A stretch of 64,000 bases of DNA from Bythopirellula sp. (GCA_965216565.1 OZ244170.1:3776001-3840000), one strand, 5' to 3'. Counted from the first letter of the stretch, positions 1-14,833 are shown. Notes: generated by a model not told the origin, from the sequence alone. Numbers and translations are program-made.

Positions 1-236
1 TGGTCGACGTCTATTTGCATCTTGCTACTACGAATCGGAGAGAAAATAGCCGCGATCTGACAGATCGCCGGGGCCCAAAAATGTAGCATTTTTTCAACAC
101 GCGGCGCTGCAAACCAACGCGCACCCAACCAATCCGTAGAACCTGCAAAACCAGAACTCCTGGCGTACTGCCGTGTCCCCGCCACGCGGCTGCCTACAGG
201 GATCGCAACTCTGTTTCCCCGAACGCCACAGACAGC

Positions 237-242
237 TAAAAT
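237..242 (+). promoter_or_regulatory. -10 box (TAAAAT) of probable leaderless TA transcript
   Basis: TAAAAT ends 6 nt before ATG 249; no Shine-Dalgarno sequence in between. Confidence 0.5.
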
Positions 243-248
243 AGAATT

Positions 249-485
249 ATGACAACGCTTAATGAGATCCTCACTGCGGCTCAGTCCTTGCCGGAATCGG
301 AACGTGCAGAATTGATTGTTGCACTGTGGGACAGTACCGCTCCCGAAAATTGGCCTCCGCCCAGCAAGGAGTGGCTTGTCGAGGCTAGCAGACGTAGCGA
401 TGCCATAGACGCAGGCGAGATGCCTGTCGCTGAATTGTCTGAAGTCCGAAAACGTGCCCGGCGGAAGGCCGGACTCGATGAATAA
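249..485 (+). CDS. Addiction module antitoxin (TIGR02574-like)
   Basis: 78 aa; pattern LPESERAELIVALWDS...EWLVEASRR..IDAG; overlaps the downstream toxin by 8 nt. Confidence 0.85.
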   Translation: MTTLNEILTAAQSLPESERAELIVALWDSTAPENWPPPSKEWLVEASRRSDAIDAGEMPVAELSEVRKRARRKAGLDE

Positions 486-768
486 ACTCTTCATCTGTTC
501 GGCCGCCGAAATAGACTACACAGAGTCATTGTGCTGGTATGCGGAGCGTAGTCTCCAGGCTGCGAACGATTTTGATAGTGAGCTACAACGAGCCTTTCGT
601 GAAATCCTTGAGGGCCCTAACCGTTTTCCCAAGTGTGACGAAAGACATCACTTTTTGATGATGAGACGATTCCCGTTCCAAGTTATCTATCGGCTCAAGG
701 GCGATACGGTTGAAATAATTGCGATCGCTCACACCTCCCGTCAATCGGCCTACTGGAAGAATCGCTAA
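478..768 (+). CDS. RelE/ParE family type II toxin
   Basis: Start taken at ATG 478 (MNKLFICSAAEIDY); motifs RFPFQVIYR and IIAIAHTSRQSAYWKNR. Confidence 0.88.
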   Translation: MNKLFICSAAEIDYTESLCWYAERSLQAANDFDSELQRAFREILEGPNRFPKCDERHHFLMMRRFPFQVIYRLKGDTVEIIAIAHTSRQSAYWKNR

Positions 769-776
769 CCATCGCT

Positions 777-1145
777 ATGGACGATTACTCCCCACATGCA
801 AATTGGCCGCTCGGGTTGCTGGGAGCAATCATCGGCGCAGCCATCGGCAGTCTAGGATTCCACCTGCTTCTTCAAGGCGGCTTTTACGGCATCGCCCTCT
901 CCGGCACGCTGGTCGGCTACTTCTGCGGAAAGTTCAGCGGCGGCCATTCCAAACCTCTCGGCATCGTCTGCGGAGTGATCGCCCTGCTGCTGGGGCTATT
1001 GCTCGAATGGCACTACTTCCCCTTCCTCGCCGACGACAGCTTGGGCTACTTCCTTACGCACATTCACGAGCTCAGAACCATGACACAGCTAATGATCGCC
1101 CTCGGCACAATCTGCGGCTACTGGCTGGGAGCGGGAAAGAACTAA
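777..1145 (+). CDS. Small Gly-rich membrane protein (about 4 TM)
   Basis: 122 aa hydrophobic ORF with GxxxG helices, 8 nt after the toxin stop. Confidence 0.75.
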   Translation: MDDYSPHANWPLGLLGAIIGAAIGSLGFHLLLQGGFYGIALSGTLVGYFCGKFSGGHSKPLGIVCGVIALLLGLLLEWHYFPFLADDSLGYFLTHIHELRTMTQLMIALGTICGYWLGAGKN

Positions 1146-1163
1146 GGGCTGTTTCAAAACCAA

Positions 1164-1242
1164 TGAGCCGACGGCGCTAGCCGCGGGTAGCGTAAGGCTA
1201 GGTGTTGTTCTGATGCTACCCGCGGCTAGCGCCGTCGGCTCA
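1164..1242. repeat. REP-like element, perfect 28-bp inverted repeat
   Basis: TGAGCCGACGGCGCTAGCCGCGGGTAGC (1164-1191) and its exact reverse complement (1215-1242), between convergent genes. Confidence 0.9.
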
Positions 1243-1335
1243 CACAGAACTGTTTTCGGAACCCTCCCTCCGCGGTCCTCTGCTCCTCTGCGATCTCTGC
1301 GTTGAAACAACGAACCCTGCGTCCAAGAAAGAACG

Positions 1336-3444
1336 CTACAGAAACTTCTTCAGCACATCTTCAGGCGCGGGCGAATACGTGCTGGGTTCCATCGAGCAAC
1401 TTGCGCGGCCTTGGCTCAAGCTACGCATCGCGCTGGAATAGCCAAAGAGATTGGCCAGGGGAGCCTCCGCATGGAGCACGGTGCGATTGCCGCGCTGCTC
1501 GGTTTGGTGGATGATCGATCGCCGCTGCTGCAAATCGCCGACCAGGTCGCCCACATGTTCCTCAGGTGTGCTGAGTTCGAGCGTCATGATTGGTTCCAGC
1601 AGCACGATACCCGCTTCACGCAGGCCCGTATCGAAAGCTAAGTTGGCTGCTGTTCGGAAGGCAATCTCCGTGCTGTCGGTCTCGTGCATTTCGCCGCCCA
1701 CCAGCGTTACCTTAATCCGCATCAGGGGAAAACCGAGCACACCGCCCCCCTGCCCTGCGATCTCCAGTTCCTCCAGCACGACGGTCAGCATTTCATTCGG
1801 CAAGCCATGGTCGAGCGAGTTGGTGACCATCACGCCGCCCGAGGGGGAGTCGAACGGTTCGACCCGTACCCGCACCGCCGCGGTGTGTTGCACCCCATTG
1901 ATGAGCCGATTGCAATGGCCATCGACTTCCACCTTGCGCTCGACCGTTTCGCGATAGCTCACGCGCGGGTTGTGAACCTTGACGTTGAGATTGAAGTCTC
2001 GCTCCAATCGGTGTTGGATCACCTCCAGGTGCAACTCGCCCATCCCGCTGATTAGCGTTTGGCCCGTTTCTTCGTTTTCGTTGGCCGCGAAGGTGGGATC
2101 CTGCTTGCGGAGCATGTCGAGCGCTTGGGACAGCTTCTTCTTGTCGCCGGTACTCTCCGGCTCGATGGCCATGGAGATCACCGTCTCGGGGAATTCGATC
2201 GACTCGAGGAGCACCGGCGCACGGGTATCGCACAGCGTGTCGCCGGTGACCGAATCCCGCAAGCCAATCACACCCACGATGTCGCCCGCGTGGGCCACTT
2301 CGAGCTGCTCTTCCTTCTTGCTGGCGTGGATTTTCCAAAGCTGGGCGACGTTCTCCTTCTTATCCTTGCCGGCGTTCAGCACCCGACTGTTGCCCTTGAG
2401 CGTGCCGGAGTAGATGCGGACCCACGACAGATCGCCCGTCTTGTAGGGCAAAATCTTGAATACCAAGCCGCAGAACGGCTCTTTCGGATCAGGCTTGCGG
2501 ACAACCTTCTTGGGCTCTTCGTCGGATGACTTCTTGCCCTTCTGTTTTCCTCCGGTGGGATCGACGCCTTCCACGGGAGGCACCTCCAGTGGATTGGGCA
2601 GATAATGCGCCACGGCATCGAGCAACGGTTCGACGCCCATCCCATGCAGGGCCGAACCGCACAGCACGGGCTGAATCTGCAAATGCACCGTCGCGTTGCG
2701 AACCACCTTGTGAATCAGCTCCGGCGGAACAGTTTCGCCCTCCAGAGCCAGTTCCATTAGTTCGTCGCTAAAATTGGCGAGCGTCCCCAGCAATTCTTCC
2801 CGCCAAAGGTCCGCCTTGGGCGCGAGTTCCTCGGGGATGTCTGCTACGACGATTTCCCGACCCTCTTTGCCACCGGGGAACGAGAACATCTTCATCGTTA
2901 CCAGGTCGATGACGCCCCGAAACGGATCGTCGACATGCGCCGGTCCCAAACCAACCGGAATCTGCAACGCCACCGGCGCCGCATCGAGTCGCTCCTTGAT
3001 CTCATTGAACACCGCCTCAAAGTCGGCCCCTTCGCGATCGAGCTTGTTAATAAACGCTACCCGCGCCACCTGATACCGATTCGCCTGCCGCCAAACGGTC
3101 TCGCTTTGGGCTTCGACCCCTTCGCGAGCACTGAACACGATCACCGCCCCATCGAGCACCCGCAGGCTGCGTTCCACCTCAGCGGTAAAATCGACGTGGC
3201 CTGGGGTATCGATCAGATTGATCTGCACATCTTTCCAGGGAAATGCCACGCAGGCCGAATAGATGGTGATGCCGCGCTCCGCCTCCTCGGCATCGTCGTC
3301 CGTGGTGGTCGTCCCCCGATCGACTTCGCCGGCGCGATGCTTGGCCCCCGAGACATACAACATCCGCTCGGTGACGGTCGTCTTCCCGGCATCGATGTGG
3401 GCAATAATGCCGATGTTGCGCAAGTTTTCGAGGGTTGTTGGCAT
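1336..3444 (-). CDS. fusA: Elongation factor G
   Basis: AHIDAGKTT, RGITI, DTPGHVDF, NKLD, GMGELHLE, YSSAMRSLSQGRA; follows rpsL-rpsG. Confidence 0.97.
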   Translation of the reverse strand: MPTTLENLRNIGIIAHIDAGKTTVTERMLYVSGAKHRAGEVDRGTTTTDDDAEEAERGITIYSACVAFPWKDVQINLIDTPGHVDFTAEVERSLRVLDGAVIVFSAREGVEAQSETVWRQANRYQVARVAFINKLDREGADFEAVFNEIKERLDAAPVALQIPVGLGPAHVDDPFRGVIDLVTMKMFSFPGGKEGREIVVADIPEELAPKADLWREELLGTLANFSDELMELALEGETVPPELIHKVVRNATVHLQIQPVLCGSALHGMGVEPLLDAVAHYLPNPLEVPPVEGVDPTGGKQKGKKSSDEEPKKVVRKPDPKEPFCGLVFKILPYKTGDLSWVRIYSGTLKGNSRVLNAGKDKKENVAQLWKIHASKKEEQLEVAHAGDIVGVIGLRDSVTGDTLCDTRAPVLLESIEFPETVISMAIEPESTGDKKKLSQALDMLRKQDPTFAANENEETGQTLISGMGELHLEVIQHRLERDFNLNVKVHNPRVSYRETVERKVEVDGHCNRLINGVQHTAAVRVRVEPFDSPSGGVMVTNSLDHGLPNEMLTVVLEELEIAGQGGGVLGFPLMRIKVTLVGGEMHETDSTEIAFRTAANLAFDTGLREAGIVLLEPIMTLELSTPEEHVGDLVGDLQQRRSIIHQTEQRGNRTVLHAEAPLANLFGYSSAMRSLSQGRASCSMEPSTYSPAPEDVLKKFL

Positions 3445-3457
3445 TGTTTTAGTTGCC

Positions 3458-3789
3458 CGCGAATCACGCGGATACTCGCGAATGTGGTGCTACTCTGTGG
3501 GGTGCGATGGAGCGTAGGGTGCGATGGAGCGTAGTGGAATCGCACCGGATTGGAGCACGTCTAGTGGTGCGATTACGCTTCGCTTCATCGCACCCTACTT
3601 ACTAGTTGCCTCCCAGATCTGTCTTTCGTATAGCCGCAGAGAACACAAAAGTCTCAGAGCATTTATCGTTTGCATCAACTAAACAGCAAGATACGCTTCT
3701 CTGTGTACTCTGTGAACTCCGTGGCTCTAGCATTCTGTCCACTGCCAGCACTGTCACACGAAAATTGGCGAACATTCGCGCTATTCGCA
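3458..3789. repeat. Nested palindromic repeats: CGCGAAT arms enclosing a GTAG-REP doublet and a 9-mer hairpin
   Basis: Outer arms 3458-3483 and 3764-3789; REP arms 3514-3546 and 3566-3598; inner arms 3632-3659 and 3699-3726. Confidence 0.8.
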
Positions 3790-3807
3790 GACCCACCGAC
3801 GGCGCAC

Positions 3808-3879
3808 AAAAAAAGCCAGGGACCAGAGACTAGCGTTTTCACCGAAAACCCTAGTCCCTAATCCCTAGCTCCTAGCCCC
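3808..3879 (-). terminator. Heptamer-repeat hairpin with U-tract after rpsG
   Basis: Minus strand GGGACTAG...CTAGTCTCTGGTCCCTGGC followed by TTTTTTT. Confidence 0.55.
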
Positions 3880-3883
3880 TCCG

Positions 3884-4354
3884 CTACCATCCGAAGTGGG
3901 CAAAAGCCTTATTCGCATCCGCCATGCGGTGGACGTTCTCGCGACGGGTCATCGCCGCACCTTCGCGGTTATAGGCGGCAACCAATTCGTCAGCCAGCTT
4001 CTGCGGTGTGGGGCGACCCTTCTTTTCGCGGATCGCAATCAGCAGCCAACGAATGGCCAGCGACTGTTGCCGGACGCGGTTCACCTGCATCGGCACTTGA
4101 TAAGCGGCACCACCTACGCGCTTCGAGCGAACTTCAATCGCAGGCTTCACATTCTCTACGGCCTGGGTGAAAACCTCGATCGGCTCCTCAGCGGGAACCC
4201 GTTCTTTGATGACGTCGAGCGCCCCATAGAAAACGTTCTGAGCGGTGCTCTTTTTGCCATCAACCATCAGGCAATTGATAAACTTCGCGGCCAACAGCGA
4301 TCCGTGCTTCGGATCCGGTTTAAGCTGTTTGCGACTGGCAGTGATTCGGGCCAT
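3884..4354 (-). CDS. rpsG: 30S ribosomal protein S7
   Basis: [28 protein letters not shown]. Confidence 0.98.
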   Translation of the reverse strand: MARITASRKQLKPDPKHGSLLAAKFINCLMVDGKKSTAQNVFYGALDVIKERVPAEEPIEVFTQAVENVKPAIEVRSKRVGGAAYQVPMQVNRVRQQSLAIRWLLIAIREKKGRPTPQKLADELVAAYNREGAAMTRRENVHRMADANKAFAHFGW

Positions 4355-4363
4355 TGTTTTAGG

Positions 4364-4435
4364 GCTGTCAGCGGTCAGCTGTCAGCAGTTAGCTTTGTGT
4401 TCTAATGGATAGCTGAAAGCTGATCGCTGACAGCT
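4364..4435. repeat. Inverted heptamer array (GCTGTCA/GCTGACA type)
   Basis: GCTGTCA GCGGTCA GCTGTCA GCAGTTA GCT ... AGCTGAA AGCTGAT CGCTGAC AGCT. Confidence 0.85.
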
Positions 4436-4446
4436 CACGGCTACTT

Positions 4447-4815
4447 CTAACTCTTCTTCGCACCGTATCGGCTACGTGAACGCTTGCGGCCTTCGACACC
4501 CAGGGTATCGAGTGCACCGCGTACTACCTGATAACGCACACCAGGCAAGTCGCGGACTCTTCCGCCCCGGACCAGAACAATACTATGTTCCTGCAGGGTG
4601 TGGCCTTCGCCAGGAATGTACACCGTGACTTCCTTGCCGTTGGATAGCCGCACACGCGTGATTTTACGCAACGCGGAGTTTGGCTTTTTGGGCGTCATCG
4701 TTCGCACTTGAAGACACACACCTCGCTTTTGCGGGCACTGATCCAGTACCGGCGACTTGCTGAACTTGCGCTTCTTCTTGCGATTCTTTCTGACGAGTTG
4801 ATTAATGGTCGGCAT
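4447..4815 (-). CDS. rpsL: 30S ribosomal protein S12
   Basis: [31 protein letters not shown]. Confidence 0.99.
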   Translation of the reverse strand: MPTINQLVRKNRKKKRKFSKSPVLDQCPQKRGVCLQVRTMTPKKPNSALRKITRVRLSNGKEVTVYIPGEGHTLQEHSIVLVRGGRVRDLPGVRYQVVRGALDTLGVEGRKRSRSRYGAKKS

Positions 4816-4872
4816 GAAAGCTACTTTCGCGACAACTATATAAGGGTTCCGATAAAATGTGGTGAATCAACC

Positions 4873-4900
4873 AATCTACCGCAATGGGGGGTGGTGTCAA
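4873..4900 (-). promoter_or_regulatory. Sigma-70 promoter of rpsL
   Basis: TTGACA-N16-TAGATT on the minus strand. Confidence 0.7.
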
Positions 4901-4915
4901 CCGGCTAACGCGGGC

Positions 4916-7900
4916 CTAAAAGCCCCGCTCTTCCGTGTCTCCCGGGGAAACATCTCCGGAAGATGCATCTCCTGGCGTTTGACCGTCGGCAGGTGGCATG
5001 GGGTCGCTGGGAGCTTGTCCACCTTGCGAATAGCCATCTGACGGGGGAATCGATCCATCAGCTTGGGGCGACTCGGTCGACATCGGCCCTTCACCAGAAA
5101 CCAACGGTTCGTCGGAAGGCATGGGATGCTGATCCCCAGCTTGTGGAATCTCGGCTTGGGGCGGTTCGACGCCACCCGAGAAGGGATCGGCTCCAGGAAC
5201 GGGCGCTTCGGGAATCGATGGCGGAGCCTCGGGCGGTGCCGGTGGGGCGGCCGCTTCCTCGGATCCCAAAAGTGCATCCAATCCGCCTGCCGGTACTTCG
5301 CTCTGGGCAAAGGGATCGCTGGGACCCGTGCCACTGTCGCCATTGGTGACAGCCTGTCCACCCGACTGCAATGCCGAGTCGAGCAGTGGGAACGATCGTT
5401 CCAGCACCTTCTCCTTTTCGGCCGCCAATGCTTCCAGTGCCGCAGGATTGATCCGCACTTCGGCATCCTGGATGGAATGGAAACCCGTTCCGGCCGGAAT
5501 CAGGTGACCAAGAATCACATTTTCCTTGAGGCCAACGAGGTAGTCGGTCCGACCCGCCAAGGCCGCTTCGGTAAGCACCTTGGTCGTTTCCTGGAAACTG
5601 GCGGCGGAGATAAAGCTGGAGCTTTGCACCGACGCCTTGGTGATTCCCAACAATTGAGTACTGGCAGTAGCCATTTTGCTTTTCGCACCCTTGGCAATCT
5701 CGCCACCAAGAGCTTCGATCTGAGCATTGGCTTGTTCGAGCACGTCCTTAGGTACGATAGCGCCCTCAGCGAATTCGCTGTCACTCTTACTAGTGATTCG
5801 CAGGCACTTGCTGATCGCTTCGTTAGCCTGTCGGAAATCGAACTTGTCGATCACGCTGCCCGGCAACAAGTCGGTGTCGCCAGGACTCTCAACTCGAACC
5901 TTCCGCAACATCTGCGAAACGATAATCTCGATGTGCTTGTCATTGATTTCCACACGCTGGCTGCGATACACATTCTGAATTTCGCGAGTCAGGTATTGTT
6001 GAACCGCTTCCTCACCAGAAATTCGCAGAATGTCGTGCGGCACAAGGGGCCCATCAACCAAGGCCTCTCCAGCACGAATTTGATCGCCCGCATGCACCCG
6101 CAAGTGCTTACTGTGTGTGACCAAATGTTCGCGTTCGATGCCAGTTTCGCTGCGAACCACAATCGATCGCTTGCCGCGCTTCTTTTCGCTCTTGAGCTCG
6201 ACGATACCGTCGATCTCTGCGATCACAGCAGGATCCTTTGGTTTTCGAGCTTCAAAAATCTCTGTTACACGTGGCAAACCACCGGTGATGTCCTGCGTAC
6301 CCGAAGCCTCACGCGGCGTCTTGGCCACGAGCTTTCCAGGGGAAATGAGCTCGCCTTCGGCAACTTCCAAGTGAGCACGCTCCGGCATGTAGTAGAAGTC
6401 CAAGATCTTTCCATCACTGGGGTCCTCTACCACAATCTGCGGATGCAGATCGCCCTTGTGCTCCATCACTACAAATCGAGTCTTACCACTCGGGTCGAGT
6501 TCGCCACGAATCGTTTCGCCTTCGATCAAGTCTTCGAAGCGAATCTTACCACCGGTCTCCGCCAGAATCGGGATACTGTGTGGATCCCATTCGCAAAGAA
6601 CGTCGCCTGGCTTCACTTCGGAATTTTCCGCGGCGGTCAGCACGGCACCTGCAGGCACTTCGTACTTTTCAACCTCACGACCGCGATCGTCAACCAAAGC
6701 GATCTCGCCATTGCGAGCTAGGACCACCAATTGACCTTGGTCGTTGGTAACGAACTTCAGACGGGCGTACTTCGCGACACCACCCTTCTTGGCTTTGATG
6801 TCGGAATCTTCCACGTCACGCTGGCCTACACCACCGATATGGAACGTCCGCATCGTCAACTGAGTACCCGGTTCGCCGATACTTTGGGCGGCAATGATGC
6901 CCACGGCCATGCCCTCTTCGACCATCGAACCGGTCGACAAGTCCATGCCGTAGCAGCAGCGGCAAACACCCAACGCGGCATCGCAAGTCATCGGACTACG
7001 GACCTGAATTTTCTCCAGACCTAGTTCCTCAATCTTGCGGGCCACCTCAGAAGTAATCAATTCATTCTCAGCAACAATCACTTCGTCCGTAATCGGGTTC
7101 ACGATGTTCGCGCGACTCACTCGACCCTTGATCGAGTCGGCCAGGCTCACTTCGACCTTTTCACCACGGTAAATAATTCCCTTGGTGATACCCTGAGTCG
7201 TACCGCAATCGTCTTGCGTTACGACCACGTTCTGAGCCACGTCGGCCAGCTTACGCGTGAGGTAACCCGAGTCGGCCGTCTTCAGTGCCGTATCGGCCAG
7301 ACCCTTACGGGCACCGTGCGTACTACTGAAATACTCCAGCACGGTCAGGCCTTCGCGGAAGTTCGCCTTAATCGGCGTTTCGATAATTTTACCGGACGGC
7401 TTGGCCATCAAACCACGCATACCGCCAAGCTGACGCATCTGCTCGACACCACCACGAGCACCCGAGTGAGCCATCAAGAAGATTGGGTTCACATAGCCGT
7501 CGCTACGGTAATCGTTTTCCAAACCGACCATCATCTCGGCGGTAATCTGCTCGCGAGCATGCGTCCAGGCATCAAGCACCTGGTTGTACCGTTCCACTTC
7601 GGTGATCACACCCCGTTGGAACAGCTTGTTGAACTTCAGCACGCTCTTCTCGGCTTCGCCGATGATCTTGCCCTTGGTATCGGGTGTGATCAGGTCGTCG
7701 GTACCGAACGACAAACCGCTCAAAGTACTCTGACGGAAACCAAGTTGGTTCATATCGTCCAAAAGCTCGATGGTCGCCCGACGGCCTACAAACTCGTAGC
7801 AGTCGGAAATAACCTTCGCCAACTCGCTAGAACGGAGCGACACATTGTAATAGGGCATCCCCTTCGGCAAGATCATGTTGAAGATCACACGACCTACCGT

Positions 7901-9616
7901 CGTATCGATGCGCTTGCCGAAACCATCTTCGGCACCCATCTCCTCACGCAGACAACGGTTCTCTGGCAACCGCACTTGGATGCGGGCATGTGTAGCCACC
8001 TTGCCGGCGGCGTAGGCTGTCTCAACTTCCTCGAGCGAACTGAAAACCATTCCGTCGCCCAAGCAATCTGGCACTGTTGTGGTGAGATAGAAACTACCCA
8101 TCACCACGTCTTGAGACGGACTAATAATAGGAGCACCGTTTGACGGGCTGAAGATGTTATGCGTACTCATCATCAGCGTATGAGCTTCCACCTGAGCTTC
8201 GATCGATAGCGGCAGATGCACCGCCATTTGATCGCCGTCGAAGTCGGCATTGAAACCCTTACAAACGAGCGGATGCAAGTTGATCGCGTTGCCTTCCACC
8301 AGCGTCGGCTCGAATGCCTGGATACCCATCCGGTGAAGCGTGGGGGCACGATTCAAGAGCACAGGATGATTCGTGATCACTTCCTCAAGAATATCCCACA
8401 CTTCCTCGTCTTTGCGCTCGAGCATTTTCTTGGCGCTTTTGATCGTGTCGGCATGACCCAGTTCTTTCAGTCGTCGAATAATAAACGGCTGATACAACTC
8501 GAGGGCAATCTTCTTGGGCAATCCACATTGATGCAACTTCAACCGAGGACCGACGACGATAACACTTCGTGCGGAATAGTCGACTCGCTTACCAAGCAAG
8601 TTTTCACGGAAGCGGCCCTGCTTACCCTTAATCATATCCGTGAGCGACTTCAGCGGACGGTTGCTGCTACCCAGCACAGGACGCTTGCAGCGGTTGTTGT
8701 CGAACAGGGCGTCGACCGATTGCTGAAGCATTCGCTTTTCGTTGCGAATAATCACTTCCGGGGCATTCAGGTCGACCAGCTTCTTCAGCCGATTATTGCG
8801 ATTGATAATCCGGCGATAGAGATCATTGAGATCACTCGTAGCAAAGTTGCCACTGTCCAAGAGTACCAGCGGACGCAGATCGGGCGGAATCACTGGGATC
8901 ACATCCAGCACCATCCACTCAGGCTTGTTGTCTGAGTCGCGGATCGACTCCACTGTCTTGAGTCGACCAATCAGATCCTTAGCCTTCTGCTTCGAGCCGG
9001 TCTCTTTCAATTCGACGCGCAAATCCTCGGAAAGCTGTACGAGGTCGAGACTCGAAAGTAGCTTGCGAATGGCATCGGCACCCATGTCGGCTTCGAAACC
9101 TTCGCCATACTGTTCACGTGCCTGGCGATACTCTTCTTCCGTAAGCAGTTGCTGCGGTTTCAGGGCGGTCTCGCCCGGGTCGACCACGACGTAATCCTGG
9201 AAGTAAATTACCTTTTCCAAGCTCGTAGTTTTCATGGCGAGCAAACTGCCCAACCGACTCGGCATCGCCTTGAAGAACCAAATATGCACGATCGGTGCCG
9301 CCAACTCGATGTGGCCCATGCGCTTGCGGCGCACCCGACTGTGCGTCACCTTCACACCGCAACGATCACAAATCATGCCCTTATATTTCATGCCGCGATA
9401 CTTGCCGCAGGCACATTCCCAGTCCTTCTCGGGACCAAAAATACGCTCGCAGAACAAGCCGTCCTTTTCAGGACGATAAGTACGATAGTTAATCGTCTCG
9501 GGCTTTTTCACTTCGCCAAACGACCAGCTACGAATATCGTGCGGTCGGGCCAGGCTAATCTTCACCGAGCCGTAATCGTTAACGCGATCGTAATTCGAGC
9601 CTTCAAGAATACTCAT
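4916..9616 (-). CDS. rpoC: RNA polymerase beta' subunit with long acidic Pro-rich C-terminal tail
   Basis: [12 protein letters not shown], Zn-finger cysteines, [17 protein letters not shown]. Confidence 0.99.
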   Translation of the reverse strand: MSILEGSNYDRVNDYGSVKISLARPHDIRSWSFGEVKKPETINYRTYRPEKDGLFCERIFGPEKDWECACGKYRGMKYKGMICDRCGVKVTHSRVRRKRMGHIELAAPIVHIWFFKAMPSRLGSLLAMKTTSLEKVIYFQDYVVVDPGETALKPQQLLTEEEYRQAREQYGEGFEADMGADAIRKLLSSLDLVQLSEDLRVELKETGSKQKAKDLIGRLKTVESIRDSDNKPEWMVLDVIPVIPPDLRPLVLLDSGNFATSDLNDLYRRIINRNNRLKKLVDLNAPEVIIRNEKRMLQQSVDALFDNNRCKRPVLGSSNRPLKSLTDMIKGKQGRFRENLLGKRVDYSARSVIVVGPRLKLHQCGLPKKIALELYQPFIIRRLKELGHADTIKSAKKMLERKDEEVWDILEEVITNHPVLLNRAPTLHRMGIQAFEPTLVEGNAINLHPLVCKGFNADFDGDQMAVHLPLSIEAQVEAHTLMMSTHNIFSPSNGAPIISPSQDVVMGSFYLTTTVPDCLGDGMVFSSLEEVETAYAAGKVATHARIQVRLPENRCLREEMGAEDGFGKRIDTTVGRVIFNMILPKGMPYYNVSLRSSELAKVISDCYEFVGRRATIELLDDMNQLGFRQSTLSGLSFGTDDLITPDTKGKIIGEAEKSVLKFNKLFQRGVITEVERYNQVLDAWTHAREQITAEMMVGLENDYRSDGYVNPIFLMAHSGARGGVEQMRQLGGMRGLMAKPSGKIIETPIKANFREGLTVLEYFSSTHGARKGLADTALKTADSGYLTRKLADVAQNVVVTQDDCGTTQGITKGIIYRGEKVEVSLADSIKGRVSRANIVNPITDEVIVAENELITSEVARKIEELGLEKIQVRSPMTCDAALGVCRCCYGMDLSTGSMVEEGMAVGIIAAQSIGEPGTQLTMRTFHIGGVGQRDVEDSDIKAKKGGVAKYARLKFVTNDQGQLVVLARNGEIALVDDRGREVEKYEVPAGAVLTAAENSEVKPGDVLCEWDPHSIPILAETGGKIRFEDLIEGETIRGELDPSGKTRFVVMEHKGDLHPQIVVEDPSDGKILDFYYMPERAHLEVAEGELISPGKLVAKTPREASGTQDITGGLPRVTEIFEARKPKDPAVIAEIDGIVELKSEKKRGKRSIVVRSETGIEREHLVTHSKHLRVHAGDQIRAGEALVDGPLVPHDILRISGEEAVQQYLTREIQNVYRSQRVEINDKHIEIIVSQMLRKVRVESPGDTDLLPGSVIDKFDFRQANEAISKCLRITSKSDSEFAEGAIVPKDVLEQANAQIEALGGEIAKGAKSKMATASTQLLGITKASVQSSSFISAASFQETTKVLTEAALAGRTDYLVGLKENVILGHLIPAGTGFHSIQDAEVRINPAALEALAAEKEKVLERSFPLLDSALQSGGQAVTNGDSGTGPSDPFAQSEVPAGGLDALLGSEEAAAPPAPPEAPPSIPEAPVPGADPFSGGVEPPQAEIPQAGDQHPMPSDEPLVSGEGPMSTESPQADGSIPPSDGYSQGGQAPSDPMPPADGQTPGDASSGDVSPGDTEERGF

Positions 9617-9695
9617 ACGATTCCTCTTTGGAATATTGCAAATTGGTCAATGACCATCAAATGACTTCAAGCTGGCAAACTTTCGACTTACAACT

Positions 9696-13409
<3,714 letters not shown>

Positions 13410-13665
13410 AGGGCGAGGTGCTCCGTTCTCACAAGGTGGGAATGAGACGAACGTCAGGAAACGGACCGGGGCGCAATCGCACCCTGGGCCGTAATTTGCC
13501 TGACGGAATGATCGTTAATTAAGCGGATTCCGGCATCGTCCCCAGGACGATGGGAAGCTCTCCAGAGCTGTAGCCTTCGCTGACGCATCGGCACCGATAA
13601 TCCGTTAGAAATCGCAAACCACAACCGCCACCTACGGGAAGGGGCGGTTGCGACGTAGGAATCAA

Positions 13666-14076
13666 CTATTTGACAGAAACTTCTGCGCCAGCTTCTTCGA
13701 GCTCGCCCTTCAGCTTCTCTGCATCTTCCTTGGAAATGCCTTCCTTGACCTTGCCGGGAGCGCCTTCCACAAGTTCCTTGGCTTCTTTCAAGCCCAGGCC
13801 TGTGGCACTACGCACAACCTTAATCACGGCAATTTTGTTACCGCCAAAGGAATCGAGAACCACATCGAATTCGGTTTGCTCGGCGGCTTCGCCACCGCCA
13901 CCGTCTCCACCACCTGCAGGCGCAACCATTGCGACCCCACCGGCTGCGGCTTCGATGCCGTGCTCCTCTTTCAGATAATCGCTCAGCTCTTTGGCTTCTT
14001 TCAGCGTCAGGCCTACGATCTTGTCGCCTAGCTCTTTGGCATCGGCGGAAAATTCTGCTACTGCTGCTTCACTCAT
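13666..14076 (-). CDS. rplL: 50S ribosomal protein L7/L12
   Basis: [30 protein letters not shown]. Confidence 0.98.
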   Translation of the reverse strand: MSEAAVAEFSADAKELGDKIVGLTLKEAKELSDYLKEEHGIEAAAGGVAMVAPAGGGDGGGGEAAEQTEFDVVLDSFGGNKIAVIKVVRSATGLGLKEAKELVEGAPGKVKEGISKEDAEKLKGELEEAGAEVSVK

Positions 14077-14138
14077 GACTAAAACTTTCCTTTCTCGCGC
14101 TACTTAGTTGGGATGCTCGCAATCCCATGTGTGTGGGT

Positions 14139-14219
14139 GTGAGTAGGTGAGTAAGTTAGTAGGTTTCCAAGCTGAGGCGGTTCCTCAATCAAAGCCTACT
14201 CACCTACTCACTTACTCAC
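14139..14219. repeat. Inverted octamer array (GTGAGTAG)n...(CTACTCAC)n
   Basis: Three units per arm, at 14139-14163 and 14195-14219. Confidence 0.85.
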
Positions 14220-14274
14220 GAAAAATTTCTCTATTCGAAAACGACTTCCCTCACGGAAACCCGCTTTTTTCTAA

Positions 14275-14796
14275 TTACTCTTCTCCTTCAGCTTTCGTCT
14301 CGATTTGGCTAGCCAACTTGCCTCCTGGGCCCTTCAACTGGGCAGCCAACGTGGCTCCCGGACCTAGGATTTGACCAACCAATAGACTGAGCTGCTCGGT
14401 ACGGCTCGGCCATTTGCTGACGGCTTTGACGTCGTCGGCCGACAACGTGGATCCATCCATCACGCCGCCCTTGGCGGCAAACGGCTCGTACTTGGCTTCC
14501 GCAGCCATGCGGGTGACTTCTTTGGCCAGGGAAACAACGTCTTCGCCGCCCCAAACCACGGCCACAGTTCCCGAGACCCCTTCGAAGGCGGGAGCCAACG
14601 AAGTGCCTTCAGTTGCTCGGCGTGCCAAGCTATTTTTGACCACCAACAGTTCGATGCCTTTGTCTCGCAGTTCCTTGCGAAGCTCGACGTTGGAATTTGC
14701 TTCCATGCCAATCACATCTACGAGCAGAGCATCATCGACGCCGTCGAAACGACTCTTAAGCTCGTCGGTAATCAGTTGTTTCAGGTATTTGCTCAT
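14275..14796 (-). CDS. rplJ: 50S ribosomal protein L10
   Basis: LRKELR..VVKNSLARRA, WPSRTEQL; lies between rplA and rplL. Confidence 0.96.
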   Translation of the reverse strand: MSKYLKQLITDELKSRFDGVDDALLVDVIGMEANSNVELRKELRDKGIELLVVKNSLARRATEGTSLAPAFEGVSGTVAVVWGGEDVVSLAKEVTRMAAEAKYEPFAAKGGVMDGSTLSADDVKAVSKWPSRTEQLSLLVGQILGPGATLAAQLKGPGGKLASQIETKAEGEE

Positions 14797-14833
14797 AACT
14801 ATTGCAGGTGATTGAAGATTGCAGACTGGGAAG

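Noticed and set aside
1..20. Possible minus-strand gene start (MQIDVD)
   Set aside because: Only six codons are visible at the window edge; cannot be supported.
5063..8935. Long plus-strand ORFs (552, 309 and 239 aa) opposite rpoC, and similar ones opposite rplA/K/nusG, tuf and the repeat proteins
   Set aside because: Antisense shadows of GC-biased coding genes; no motifs or plausible protein composition.
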